Assembly (NCBI RefSeq): GCF_009914755.1
Contig: NC_060937.1
Length of the DNA stretch: 64,000 bases
Reading direction: 5' to 3' (one strand)
Source: the human T2T-CHM13v2.0 reference genome, Homo sapiens
Both the position numbers and the translations under genes were made by a program. Below the pieces are notes generated by a model. It was not told the origin of the DNA and searched no databases. It worked only from the letters and a program-made list of their open reading frames with translations. How positions within the stretch are numbered: the stretch's first letter is position 1; every line of letters starts with the position of its first letter. This document shows, in pieces, positions 14,151 through 30,000 of this stretch.

Positions 14151-17100
14151 AAAATCTTTTTCTTTGCTCACCAAATATTTATTTTATTTTTGAGATTTAC
14201 TATAAAATTATTAACTTCAGAAAATAGAATGTCAAGTTTGAAAAAACCCCTTAAAATTTACCTGTTCAAGTTGTTCTTGGCCTGTTTACTTTTACTAAAT
14301 ACTTTATCAAAGAAAGTGAACTCTGCCACTACTGAAAAAGAAAATCACTTCTTCCAAGAATGACATTGGTTAGTTAGTTGGAATTCTGTTGTATTTATCA
14401 CTTACAGTAAGTTTCAAAACAAAATAACATTTCCAGTGGTAGTTCTTGGAGTAAGTTTTATTTGTTTCACTTCCTGTGTTGAGTTGCATGGATCTAGAAT
14501 TTATAAAAAATAGATTAAAACCAGGATAGGAAATTCAAGAGAATAATGAAAAACCCAGTTTTTGAAAGTCTGAAGTAGTCAAGACATTAGAAGTTTGTGC
14601 CATCTTTTAGTAAAAGGTAAACTCATTGAATGAAAACGACCTGGATGAACAGTAGCTGACAAAGCAGACCAACAGCACAGTTTATTTCAAACAGCACCAC
14701 AAAAATAAATAGCAGCATTGTTAAAGGAGAGTGCGCAATTCAAAGATAATGCTAAAGTAAAATAATAATATGTGAGCAAGGAAATATAGTAAAAGGTGAA
14801 AACCAAGCACATTACATTTTGAAAACAAATTGTATACAGCAGGTGTGATAGGTATTTCTAAAGTGAAAAGATCAGGCATGAGAATATCATACACCAAAGG
14901 CCACAGTATAGAGCAATAGAAATAGTTTAAAATATATCCTCTTAGTACATTTAGTACATAGCAGGAAACAGATGACTTTTAGAGTTAAAACTTTATTACA
15001 GACAACCCATTATGTGCATAAAACATGATGTTTTAGACCATTAGTGCTTAAGAAATTCACAGGACAGTAGATAAGTTTCTACTGAAAGCCTCTTATTAAA
15101 GTTTGCTTATGAGCAGTACATTAAATAATCATAAGAAAGGATGAATGTAAATTTTCAAGGCCAGTGCACACTTCTTCAGTATTTGTTATGATAATCTGTG
15201 AAAGAAAATTACTTCCTGGAAAGAAGCTTAATATTTTTGGGCGTGTATTTTCATTTTTAAAACGATAACAGATTTTGATGCATGATACAATTATCTGTTT
15301 AAGAGCTTTTTGTCATTGATCAGAAACTGTATTATGTTTCTTTTTTTTGTTCTTGTGGGTTTTGTAAAACATGCTGCAAAGGCAGTCTATTGTAAAGGTT
15401 TCATGTTTTATTTTCATCATTCATGTAAGCTTCACTATACTCATTTTCTAGTATGATTAGATGGTTGTAAATAAAATGCATTGAAGCAGATACAATCTAA
15501 TACTAACAATGCTAAGCAACTGGAAAGATGCTATAATAAGAGCAAAAAGGTTCATTTGAAAAGGGAAAGATAGAAACACATTTCATTTGAATTATCAATA
15601 CCAACGAAAGCAATACCAAAATCCTCTGAAATATCATAAAGAGCAGCCTGTGTGCAGAGATCCCTTTTCTAATTTCATAAATTGGTCTCCATGTGCTCCT
15701 CCAAGCAAGCAGGGATAAACTTTTAGAAAAGTAATGCAACACTTAATTCATTTTGACAGAATCTTTAACAGTGCATGCTGGTGACACAAGTGTTCAAATG
15801 GCTTTAGTACCCAGTGAAACAGAGCCTAATTATCCTATTAAACCATTGTAGATGGTTGTGTTTATTTATCAGTGGGAGGCATGAAAGAGAGGGAAAAGAA
15901 CACTTATCTGGATGAAGGTTATAAAATGTGCAGTTTAACTGTCAAAAGAAAAATAAAATATGCATGGGAGACAGGTTTAGAATAAAATGTGTTGCTCTCT
16001 TTTCCTTAAAAAAATGTAGCTGAGGTTAGGCTACATTTTAGCCTGTGATCTTAAATACTTTTAATAAAATTTCTGAGCAAGCAAGTAGAAAAGCCATCAT
16101 TTGAATTTCCATTTAAATGTTATTTTAAGTCATATTTTCAGCGAAAACTTTATGAAGACCCTTTTTTCAAGGTGATAACTGAGTTCACCACCCACAAAAT
16201 GCCATACTTAATAAAAATTATACTAACATATTTTCTGTGGTTATCATCTTTTGCAGTTTTTTCTTTCATATATTATGTAATGTGCCTAAGGATAGATCCC
16301 TGGGGAATCACAAAAATAATGCTAACGGGTTGCACGCTGGATCTAAGGAATTCCTGGAAGAAACAATGATTTTCAGGTGATTAAATTGTTAAATTTTTAG
16401 TTTGTAAATAGTGAGTGAATAAGGAATATATGTTTCAAGTTGATATTGTATCAACTGTATTATATTTTATCCCCTGACTAGCTATATAAATGATATTTGT
16501 TCTTTATTTCCTTATTCTTTAAAGTATTGCATAAACTTTCTTCATTATAATTGTTTGTAGTTGCTCTACCATGCTTGTTTCGAGCCTATAGTTTTTCTTT
16601 AGCTTATTTTCAAAAACGTTGGAAAGCCATTGGCTAGCCATTTGTTATCCTAGAAAGCCTATCATCATTACAAAACACAAGGTGGGCATTTCTGTTCTGG
16701 GAAATAGTTCTATGACTCACCTCTCTTCCCTGAAAATTCACATAGAAACGTATATCCACAAACACTATCAGTTGCAATTAATGAATCCATCTTTTTTCTT
16801 ACATGTTTATTTTGATCAGGTTCCTAGTACTTAACACGGTGAATTTAAATTTTGTATTGTTTTGTGTTTTTGCTGTTGTTATTATAGGCATTACTATTTG
16901 CTTTCCCTATTTGACTGTCAGTTACTTGAAGCCAAAATGGGTTAAACTAGTTTTTCAACCCAACTAAGTCAGTAATAAACAATTAGTATGCATACACTAA
17001 ATATTTGTAAAATAAATGAATGCATAAAAGGAAGAAGTATATTACTGCATTTTTAGTATGACATTATAATTTTAGTTTTGCCTCCAAATTTTTGGTACCT

Positions 17101-17549
17101 TTTTGGTCCGAGAATGTTTATTAATTTATAGACCACAAACTTCTAGTAATTTCCTCTTCTACTTCTTGTAAGCGAAGCTGATCTGTCTTTTTAAAAAGGG
17201 AATTAAAGAAGACATCTTAAGTGTAAAATACCTACATTTCCATGGTGAATATATTTTAAAAGTCAATATATTTCATTAAAAAAAACAAGTTAGCCTATGT
17301 TTAGAGATGTGATATGTTAGTTTTAGCATGAGGTGAAAATTCATAATTTATATTTTCTTGACAATAATGGCTTACGATAGAAAGGTAGGTCTTTAACATC
17401 CCAGTAAACTACTGAAATTTGATGTTTGATCAGAAGCTGTTGAGGTAATTAATTTTGTTTTATGATTCTAAGTCATGTTTCCCTTCTGTTTATTACATTC
17501 CCAGTCATCAAATACTTACAGAAAATAAGAGTAAGAGTAAGCATTCTTT

Positions 17550-17882
<333 letters not shown>

Positions 17883-19930
17883 TAATTTAGAATAGTTCAG
17901 CTGTGTTTTCAAAAAATGTTAATAACTGTTTATAAATATTTCACTCAAGCTTTCTGTATCTACTTGATTTTTTATTTCTATATTCTACAAAATTAAGAAA
18001 AATATATGGGTATAATTTAGATGTTCTTTGGAGGCTGACTTCCTCCAAATGAAATTGACTTCCATTTCATTTATTCTACTCATTATTTAGGTGATTTCAG
18101 GCAAGCTACTAATCTTCCTAAGCCTCATTTTCCTCATGTTCATTAAGGAGTTAAAAAATGGTAACTAATTCATAGAATTCTGAAATTTTTTTTAAAAGGT
18201 AATGAATGTAAAGAAAATATACAGTACCTGAATCAATTAATAAAAAATTTATTTCTGTAGTTGATGTTATTAATATTTCTAAATCTGATTCATAGATATA
18301 TCCAAGCTTTATGATGAAACATTGCTGGAAAAGGCGGAGGAAAAAAAGATAATATTGAAACAGAATTGAACATAGAAATTTTGCCACATAAAGTTGCAAA
18401 TTATTATTCACCAACTTTTGAAAAAATGTTTTTTTAACTTATAATAAGAATATGAGCACCTGAGCTTATTCATATAATGAATACATAATATATATGATTA
18501 ATACATTGCTGCTTTATATAGGAATTATTTTTATGTTTATGAAAATGTTTTAAACATAAATTCAGTTTCAATATTTCATTATGTGGGTACTAACAAAGGT
18601 GTAATTTGTAGCATAGACAACTACATAATTATAAATAAAAACAAACATTAATATGCAAGGATCAACAAATACTCAATGCAAATAGGCATGTTCATGCACA
18701 AATATGCTATTAATGTAGGCTATTTATTCTCATTCATAATAGTATAATCTTTTGCAAAAGAACAAGAGCAAAAATTTGCTCACTGGGATCTTTTTTCTCA
18801 TTTAAATTTGTGATTTGTCAAATTTACATTAAAATTTTATAAATTTTTCTCCCATGAAAGGTGGGAGAGTAAATCCATGTAATTGTTTTTCTTATGTGTA
18901 CAGTGACTCAGTTTGGTTTTATTCCCATATACACTAACAAGCATAGTTCGATTGATTGTGGAATTTATATAAAGTAATTCATCACACTAGCCCATTCTCT
19001 CTTTTTCTTTTCTAGAAAATTCTAAAGAAAGACCACTTTCAAGATATTTTATATTTCTATGGTGTTATGAAATATTGATCTCCTGAATTTAACCTAAATA
19101 ATTAATAGTAATAATTTTGCTTAATCACTGCATTACGTGTAACATGAGTATCTGGGGCAACATTCTTTCTAGCTTTGCAGTAGATTTCTATGTATCATAA
19201 AATTCAGAATGATTAACACGGGTCTATATATTAATATAGATTTGTATATTTGCAATGTAACCAGAATACAAGATGCACCTGTATACAGATGTTGCTTTTT
19301 TAAAAAAATAATTGCCTCCTTTTCGCTTTTAATTTGTTATTATAACTGATGTTTACTAAACTTTGTTTTTAGTAGACAAAAAAAATTGTATGATTGCTTT
19401 TAGGTAGACAAAAAATTTTAGTCTATATTTTATGGTAGACAGACCAAAGTGTGAAGCCACATCAAATTTGAGATGAAAGCAAAAATACCACATTTTTAAA
19501 TGTACCCTCTCCCAGAATCTGACACAGGGAGAATGCTTTTCGACCTGTTAGCCACTTCTAAAGTGAGGACTGGCATTTTCTTTCCCCAGAGCATGTAAGA
19601 ACTATGTGGATACCTGAAAAAAAAATTGAAACTGTTCCTCAGAGAAGACGGCTTAGGAGAAAATAACCATGTGTACTTTATACTATAAGAGCAAAAGAGG
19701 TAAGGTAGATATTATAATGGGAAAACATATGAACAATTCAATCTTATGCCATAAATTTTTTATAAATAATAAATGAAAACTAAAGATTTTTAGAAAGCTA
19801 AAGTACAGAGTGCTTACTATATGTCAGATATTATGCTAAATACATTATATGGAAGACCTTCTGAATCACAACAACATAAGGAATTAAATGACTTCTGAGA
19901 GTCATGCCATGCTTAAAAAGGCCAATGTTT

Positions 19931-20254
<324 letters not shown>

Positions 20255-22951
20255 TTATACATTTGATGTTAAGATACCAACAAAAGACTCACTGTGTAGA
20301 TGTGCACTCACATAAAACCACCTGTTGCTCCCAGCTCAGGCAACAAAATTTAATAACAAAGGTTAGCAGAATCATTCATTCCTGCCAGTTGTCAACAATG
20401 TCAATTGTGCATCAGTTAATCTGAGCTATTCATGATAGATAAAGAGAAAACCTGTAAATCCCACAATTGGTATCCTAGTTTTATATTTTTTCTTTAACTG
20501 CTCTGCACCTAAGTAAAAGATAAAGCAAGTTGAGTGTCCTGCAACAGTTAGCTATTAAAACATAATTATCTAATTAGACAAATTTAGTCAAACAAAATAA
20601 AGTTGAAAATTTAGTGTAAACTAGTCGTTTTTTCATACTAACATTTAAGATTTTATAAAATCTTAATTTTATAAACTCACTTGATCTGGAGCAAATGTAT
20701 ATTGAAGATTTTGCTCATTCATGATTATAGCATGAAAACAACTTAATATGGTAATATTATAAGTTTAAAATAACCAATTTATAAGAAGGTCTTAATGAAG
20801 AATGAAGAAAAAACAGGTCAAATTTATGTAATGATTTCAAAATTTATTTGAGTATTCGAGTTTTTGAACATTAATTTAAAATATTGATCCTTAAATGTCT
20901 TTCAGTGTGGATTTTTACTTTGGCAGAGTCCCCACATCACAAAAGTTTGTAACAAAATATGTATCTGAACAAATCTAGAAGAAAATTGTTAAAAATAACT
21001 TCATAGTAGCGTATATTAAGTAGTTTCAGTTTGGCAATGTGATACAGGAGGATAATTCTTGCAAATATTTCTTTTCTGAGGTACGTATGAAAAAAGTACA
21101 CTCACAGCATGTGTATTCCAGTTTTGATAATAAATTTTACATATGCACAGCATGTAGTCTTCATGAACATCCAAATATATGCCACCAAGCATGTGCCAAG
21201 TAAATTTGAGTAGTTTCAAATATTTCATTTAAGGTGATATTTCTTGACTTGTAGACACTTATTAATGCTATCTGATGCTAAAGATTGATTGAGAGCAATT
21301 AAAAAATATTCATTAGCATGAAGGATATTGATACAAGTAGCAGACAAGAAATGATCAATTCAGAGACAGTATAATTAGAGATTGCATACTCTTTTGGGGT
21401 ATTGAGATTTATTGAGGGGCTAGATCTTACTTGATTTAGATGCATGAAATGAATGCAAGAAAATAGAATCTCCAGAAGGTTGTTATTTTATTTTTTGTGT
21501 AAATAATCTGAATCCAACTCTATAAGATCTAGAAATTGCTGGAAAGACCAAGTCAAGAAATTGTTGAAAAATATAGGACAAAAATAAATACAATGGGAAT
21601 AACTAGGACAGAAAGAAGAAAAGGTAAGGCAACTTTATGTCCCAGTGAAAAGATGAATATGACGATTTATGATGGAGATAGATTTAGACTCTAACCTAGA
21701 AAAAATATACCTCACAATGAATATCCAGCATTTCTTCATGCTGTGGGATTAGAAGATTAAAGAATGTACATTGGGCACCTGATTTTCAGCTTTACCTTCC
21801 TCCTCATCACTCTAAAATCAATTTTAAAGCTAAAATCCAACATAAAACCAATTGACTTTGTATTATTTCTCTAAACAAATTAAATTGACTGAAGATTTAG
21901 AAAACATATTGTGAAGCATTGCATATCCCTTGGAGTTGTGTCATGTAGATTCTTTTAGAGGTATGTTCAACCTTGTTTAATCAAATGGTAATGCAGTGTT
22001 TATACTTAGGAGAATAAATAACTTTAATAAATGAGTAATCTTAATAGAAAGATTTCAATTTCATAAATAAATGACTCTAAGCATGTTTGTGGGTTTATGT
22101 TTCCATTCATAACTACAAAGTTATTCAGATAAGGTTGAATAATAGTCCAAGACTTTCAGATTTTTGTCAAAAACATTTCAATGTTGTTATATATAAAAAT
22201 TTATAAAGTAATGTTCGCATTTTTACATATTTTTGATAGAAATTGTCTAAGTGAGAGTCTAACAATAGGAAAATATAACCCCTTTCATCTTGATGGCCAG
22301 AAGGATACTCTACTGCCTGTCATGCCACTTGGATAGAATTTAAGTGTCTCTTTCCATCTAAATACCCCTATACCACCATTACCTTCTTCTCTCATACAAA
22401 TAGTGCTATAAAAATTATACAAAATTTCCAATACATAATGTATCACTGATGATATATTTCTTCATAGTCTCCAGGAGCACCTTTCTGTAAAATACCCCAA
22501 CAGTTGCATAGCTTCACGACAAATTCTCTAGTACTTCACACCAAATTTTTGCCACTAAGTCACCTCTACCGGTCTTTCCAATATTTTCTTTTATATCATG
22601 GTACACCCAGAAAATCATGTTATTAATATAAGCATGGCTTCTCTGGCCAGAGTCATCCATCCGTCCCTTACTTAAGTCCTACTTAGCTGCCCAAGATGTG
22701 AGGGGAATCATACTTTCAGTACATATTACCTATTGTGCAGACACCACTATGATTAGGAACCCTGCTACCCATATGTAGTAAATTCAACATAATTCAGTCA
22801 AAACCTGGCTACTTTTATTCTCACCAAATATATTCCCGCTTTGGCAGTTCTATATATTTAAATACAATTTTTTTCTTTCTCCCATTATTCATTATAAAAT
22901 ACACCACCACCAGTCAATAACACTATATTCAAGATTTGAAGTATTGTACAG

Positions 22952-23310
22952 TGATATGGTTTGGCTGTGTCCCCACCCAAATCTCATCTTGAATTGTAGC
23001 TCCCACAATTCCCATGTGTTGTGGGAGAGACCTGGTGGGAGGTAATTGAATCATGGGGGTGGGTCTTTCCCGTGCTATTCTCCTGATAGTGAATAAGTCT
23101 CATGAGATCTGATGGTTTTATAAAGGGGAGTTTCCCTGCACAAGCTCTCTTCTCTTGTCTGCCACCATGTGAGATGTGCCTTTCACCTTCCACCATGATT
23201 GTGAGGCCTGCCCAGCCACATGGAACCGTGAGTCAATTAAACCTCTTTCTGTTGTAAATTGCCCAATCTCAGGTATGTCTTTATCGGCAGCATGAAAATG
23301 AACTAATACA
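22952..23310 (+). mobile_element. THE1 (MaLR) solo LTR
   Basis: tgatatggtttggctgtgtccccacccaaatctc...aactaataca with a perfect 5-bp TSD tacag. Confidence 0.96.
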
Positions 23311-25630
23311 TACAGTTATAATTTTTATAATTACCCTTATGTGGGGTAAGTTGCTATCTTCAGTTCTTAGGTCAGGATACTTTGGCTTAGGGTAGAAAAA
23401 TACTTTCAGAAACACAGCAAGTAAGTTGCAGGACAGGGCTCAACCTCATGGCCCTCTGAAGCCAGAACAATTTGTCTTTTTCCCTTGTGCTAAGAAGTCT
23501 CTAAATGGTGTAAAAATCCTACTCTTCCTTTAAATGTTTTTATTTGTAGATGGTCTAGGTGTGAGAAGGCATTTTTAATATTTCTAATTCCTTCACTAAA
23601 CAGTATATTGTGGTACATTATTCTTTAAGGTATCAAAAAAGACAGTTAATTATTTTAAAACCTTTAAGAACAATGGCTATGGACATAAAAAAAAATCCTC
23701 AGTAGAAACTGATTACAAACTGATTACAAGCAAGGCTAGAATTTTGTAATCACTGTAATTATTACTGTAATTATTATTGGTTTTATACAAACAAAATGAA
23801 GTTCATTAACACCTTTTTCATTAAAATGAAAAGTATAGTATTTCAAGTCTCTATTACTGAAGTCATCATTGCCAGTTTTCTGTTGTGGAAATTGGTTTCA
23901 TTTTGGTTACTGTAATTTTTGTTGTTAAGGTCTCTTTCCCCCAATAAACACAACACAAAAACCTACAGGGCTCAGAGCAAAACTTAACTCGCTGCTTCAT
24001 ACCAAACAACACAGAAAGAAAATTAACAGCATAAAATAAAATAAAATAAAATACTATTCCAGTGTTGAATTTCAGAATAAATTATTTAAATACATTTTGG
24101 TAATATTATGCTTATTTTAAAAAAGAACAATGATTACAAAATTAGGATCCAATATTTTATTTCTTACTGTTTTTACTTAACATCAAAATAAAATAATATT
24201 TTCATATTATTTGTAATTTTCTCATAATTATCAGCTTTAGTATGAGTATAAAATTTTATTTTTTATTTATATGTTTATATGCATCTTATAATTGACTTAG
24301 CCATATACTGTTCTTGAGTTAGCTCAATATAATATTCTTGAGTTAGCGCAATATAAGAACATTATGATCCTTTTTGTGGCTTTATTTTTGAATTATTTAT
24401 TTTGTTACATTCCAATAAGTAAAATTATTAAACAAAAATTTTGGTTACTGCGAAGGTTCTTGCTATGAACTAGGAGAAATAACAGATAATAATCTTTCAT
24501 TCATTCATTTGTTCATTTACTTTTGAGCCCTTACTGTTTTGCTGGTGCTTTGTTCAGTGCTGGGAAAACAAGGACAGATAAGACCTTATCCCTAAATTCA
24601 CAGGGTTCCATCTAACAAGTACAGAAAAATCCATAAGAAGGTATGTAAGAAATATTGTCCTGAAAATCTTGGATTATGATTCAGGAGTAATATTTCCCAT
24701 AAGGATACATGTAAAGTAGGGAGGATGTATTTGTTGTGTCTGGTAACGTGATTTTGCTTTTGCAAATAGTTTTTAAGCACAATAAAACCTGATATAGAAC
24801 ATTTTGTTTTATTGTCACCTCCTCTTAAATTGTCAAGTATACACTCTACCTTAGAACATAGGTCTCCTTGACTTAGTGATACATTATAGCAGCTTTGATC
24901 TTACAACTATGTGGCAAATATCATTTCCTTTCTCTTGCCCTTCAATACAGTATTTGCAGGCTGAATTTTGTAAGAGTTTTCAGTTTACTTTTTATTTTTC
25001 AGTTTTCCACCAATATATCTGAGTCCCTACTCCAAACTTAGCAGCACAAGATGGAACGTTTAAGGCTTTTACATAGCATATAATCATGCTATTCTGTATT
25101 AAAGTTAGAGATTGTAAAGTACTAACACTAACATGCCCACGTTTGAAAATTGGAAATCAATTTAATACCATCTTAAATTAGTTTAAATTATAAAATTATA
25201 ATGCATGTAAAATATTAGCACCATGTAAATAACAGCTTGTTGCACCTATTGCTGTTGAAGAGTGACTGGTTTTCTTTACAAGCTTTTCTTTAAAGTGGGT
25301 CTGTCATGCATGTGTCAGTAGTTTAAATGTAGTTTATAAGTCATTTCAACCACAGCTTTGAAAGTATGTGATCTTGAGACCTTAAAAACATCTTAAAGAC
25401 TTGCATTACTTCACATTTTGTGCACAAGGCAATATTTATATTAATATCTTACATCAAAATATTTTAAAAGTGAACAACTTAAAACTACCTGAAATGTAAT
25501 TGCACACCAATCAATCAACTTTAGCATTTGCAGAGTAATACTGGAGTTATCACAGATAAAGAAAGGATCAGAATTCAGGCCAAGCTGTGAAGAATAACTT
25601 ATCAGGGAAGATAAATTTTAAATGTAAAGG

Positions 25631-25983
25631 TTGTTTTTTTTTTTGTTTTTTGTTTTTTGTTTTTTTTGCTTTATTTTTTGTTAAATAATGACAGGGTTTC
25701 ACTCTGTCACTCAGGCTGGAGTGTAGTGGAATGATCATAGCTCACTGCAGCCTTGAACTCCTGAGCTCAAGGGATCCTCCCGCCTCAGCCTCTTGAGTAG
25801 CTGAGACTATGGGCGCATGCCACCATGCCTAGCTTTTTTTTTTTTTAATTTTTTACATCTATTTTTGCAAAGGCAGGGTCTCACTATGTTGCCCCGGTTG
25901 GTCTTAAACTCCTGGGCTCAAGCAATCCTCCTGCCTTTGCCTGACACAGTGTTAGGATTATAGGCATGAGCCGCCACCTGGCC
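25631..25983 (-). mobile_element. Alu SINE (AluJ)
   Basis: T-rich tail and AluJ diagnostics atcatagctcactgcagccttgaactcctg, ctcaagcaatcctcc. Confidence 0.93.
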
Positions 25984-26834
25984 TAAAGTTTAAGGAACCT
26001 GAGAAATAAATGAGATTAAAGAGAATCATTATCAGCTGCAAGAGCACATCTTTGTTAGAAGTGATAATTTAATGCAGTAAAATTGTAGTTTATTTTTAAC
26101 TTAACTTACATTATAAAAATTAAAGTTACACCACTGTGAAAATCTATAATATGATTAAAGAAACTTTTGGACATTTAAAGTTCTGGTACAGCCTGGTTTT
26201 CCTTCTAAATTGGCAAGTGACTTATACCAGGAGAAATGTGGCCATGCTTTTAAATAGCCTCCTAATGTTGAGCTGACCCCTGATATTGAATGTTCCATGT
26301 TTCCTTTCAATGAGAAGGAAGGTTTGTGCATTTTCAAAAACTGACAATTGTCAAAAAAAGAGCCAAAGAATAGTTATTCTCTGAACCTTGAAAGTGACTT
26401 TTGTGTGGCATGCAGCAAAATAGGGTGAGCATTTACCTCATGGAACATTTCAGTTTTCCAGGACAAAGCTGTATTATAAAGTAGCTAAAAATTTATAGAA
26501 ATTCAGGAAAGTTAAAATCCATATGCACTCTTAGAAGAGACATTTTATTATAACAAGAAAAATGTGTTGATCTAGAGTGGAGTGATTAGGCCATTTGTCA
26601 AATAGAGTTACTGTTTCTGATAACATTTACAGGTCACATATACTTTTCAAATCTCAATAGAAGTAAGCTTGCTCAAATGGAACTTACCCACCTGAATTTA
26701 TGAGATTGATTGTTAGGAGTAAAGGTTGAAGCATACTATAAAACATTTTAAAGCCTTACATTTTTTAAGAAAAAAAAAGCGTGAAATTACAAAGTTAGAG
26801 AAATACTTTCATTAAACAGCTTTAAATATAAAGA

Positions 26835-27050
26835 TAGTAATTTATTGAGTTTTCATTATTAGGTTTTAATTATTGAGTGTTAATTGTTAATTATTAACTT
26901 ACTGAGTGTTCACAGCCAGGCACTGTGTTATGGGTTCATGTGTGGCTTATCTCACTGTGAAAATAATACTGTAGCATAAGAACTAATATTATTCCTAGAC
27001 AGATGAGGTAAATAAGTCAAATAGGGCTATCCGAATTGCTCAAACTCTTG
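26835..27050 (-). mobile_element. Degenerate MIR
   Basis: tttattgag, gccaggcactgtg, cagatgaggtaaa. Confidence 0.5.
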
Positions 27051-30000
27051 CCACCCTTTAAAACATGTGGATTTTAAATTTTCATAATTTTGAAGGAGCA
27101 ATTTGTGTTCTATAAAATTATTAAATCTAAAATAAGCAAACAAACTGCTCTTTATTAACTTTTGTAGTGTTTTTGCAAACCTCTCACTGTTCACAATAGG
27201 ACATTCTCTTTCAATGTCATTAAAACCAAAAATTTAAATTTTATTATTTCTTAGAGAATTTTTAATGTTTATGTGTCTAACCTGGCTGTGCACTTTTAAT
27301 GTTATTGGATGTCTCTTTCCTCTACCACACACATGCAATTTTAAAAATAAAACATCTCTATGTATTTCCCTACTTAATACTAATCAATAGTAACCTTATT
27401 GGAGAGTTATTTTTCTATGAAAAAAATAAAAGTGATTAAATGGTAAAAATAATGAATATAATAGCTAAATCTATATGGCATTCACTCATTTGCAGATACT
27501 GTGTTAAGATATATTCACACATTATCTAATTTAATTTTCTATCAACCTTCAAATATTTGTATCGTTACTCAAAGTTCATTGGTGAGGGTATTTAAAGACC
27601 GAGTAGCTTAATATTTAACCACAAGAAACGCACTCCAATAAATGGCCAAACTAATTCTGTAAACCTGGTCTTTGTTATAACAACTGTTTGTTCTTAATCA
27701 CTGTGTGTTAATTCTCTAAGGAAGGGTGTCCAGTAAGAGCAACCCCTTATTTATGGAAACATATTACTGTTCCCTCTTCATGTAAGCAAGTTATGATGGT
27801 GATTGTGACTCTAAATAATAAATTTAGAAATCTTTTTTGAGAGACCAAAGTTTATTTACTTGCTAAGAATTTGGTTACCCAAAATAGTTTTATTCTTTTC
27901 CTGTTACATGAATTTAGACTAACATTGTTTTAAATAATATACTTGCAAAATAAGATAATTTAACATAATTTTAGTTCTGAATATCTGCTTGAAGGTTTGA
28001 ATACATCTGCAATATTTTATACATTTTGAGTTGTTTGTTTCTTGTAATTCATGCACCATTTTTTCCCAGATAAATATAAAATAGGTTCTAAAGAAAAATA
28101 AAATTTTATATAATTTTTTTAAAATTTAAAGGTCATAATGCACCTTTGTGACTCTAGTTATCTAGAATATATTGTAGTAATTTTTCTTTGCTAAGTATTT
28201 TAAATTTCTATTTCTTCTCGGTGACTTATAATTTGGTGTCAGTAGAAAAATTCACTCACTGATATTAAATTCCAAATATTTTTTGTAGGTGTCTTTTTAA
28301 AAAACAGAATTTAATTAACAATTGATAATTATTAATAATTTAAAAATTAATTAAAAATGAATTACTTTCATATATAATTCTGAAGAGAATAGTCAAGTGT
28401 TCAATTGAGTATTTGTTTTCTATTAATGATAGAGAAAAGCCTTAGTATTCTGTAGAAATCTTGTCTGTAAGAAAAGGGTAAAAATTAGATGAGTTTGATT
28501 ATTTCACTTAGTGTGGTATAGTGTTGGGAAAATTAGAAGAATAAATGGATTGACGTTCTTTTGAATCTACAAACTATTGCTTGGAAAATGTTATACCATT
28601 ATTTATTCCAAATTATTTTTTCTTAAAATTGTCTCAGGTGCTAGTAATGAAAATCAGCAAGCCATTTCAACATTAATATCATGACAATTTGGGGCTGAAA
28701 CAAGGACTTTAAATTGGCTCATTTTCAAAGAATGTGTAATTTGGCACCTTTTAACTTGTTTGAGAGAGAATTAGCTTGAAAACTTCTATGACCAGATTTA
28801 AAACATAGACTATTCTAATAAGAAAGATCAATTTTGTAAAGATTGACAATGCAAGAATGTACTATAAATATGTTATAAGTCATAAAAATTTTTCTAAAAA
28901 TCTTTATTATAACTTTATGTTGAAAAATAAAAAAAGATTGTATTAAATATGTTAGAATTTAGAATGTATTACTTTTTACTAAATAAACTTCAACCAAATT
29001 AGCACTAATTTAACTGATTGGAACTGGCTGAAATATTATGTTGATTCTTATGTCTGGTTAAAGCTTGCCTTACTAAATATGACAAAATGTTAAGCAATAT
29101 ACAATGACAACTATATTTCTTATTATCTCCTCTTAATAGTGTTACATCTTTTGAAAAATAATTAGATGATTTACATTATGTGTTTAGACAGTTGACTAAA
29201 CACTTCTTGTTTTAGGTACTTAGTATTGTACCTAAAACATGGATTCATCTCCTAGAAAATCTTAGTTTATTAACTACTAATTTGCAGAAACATAGCAGAC
29301 ATGCTATAACATAGCATGCTATGACATGCTATAACATAGCAGACATGCAATAATGATTTAAATGAATGTATTTGACAGAGACAAATGTGTTACCAAGAAG
29401 CATTTTTACAACTGTGGTTTTCAATCAGGAATGTACCTTAGAATCATGAGGTGACCTTACAAAAACTACAAACATTCAAGCTCTATCCCAAGAGTGTTAG
29501 GTTTAAATGCTCTGGCATGGGACTATGACATTAGAATGACATGGAATGACTTACCTCAAAGCATTAATCATGTAATTGGATACATTCTCAATTTATTTCA
29601 AGTATCTTACTTCCCATACTTTTGGATTACAATTATGAAATCAATCAGTGCTGTTCATCAAATATTTCTAGATCTTACCTCAGAGGTGTATGGTGCATTG
29701 TACTACAATGGCCACCTGTAGAAGTTATTTTTGGTAATGTGATTTTCGTTGGCCAAGAAAATATTAATGGGAGCAAAATATCTAACTTGGGGACAGAAAT
29801 GTTAAGAATCAGAACACAGCTTATCACATTCTGTTATTTCCTACTTTGTTTATTTAAGGATTGCATTTTGACACAGAGCCCTCTTTAATCTAGGCCTTTT
29901 AAGTAAGGAGATTAACCTGCTGTCATTTTCTCACTTGTAGTGTGAAAAGAAATAATTATACTGAGACACCTCGTTACTGCAATATAACCTAGAATACTCT

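Noticed and set aside
23705-24356. Several 11-24 bp tandem duplications (others near 32757, 39638 and 46931)
   Set aside because: Ordinary replication-slippage products.
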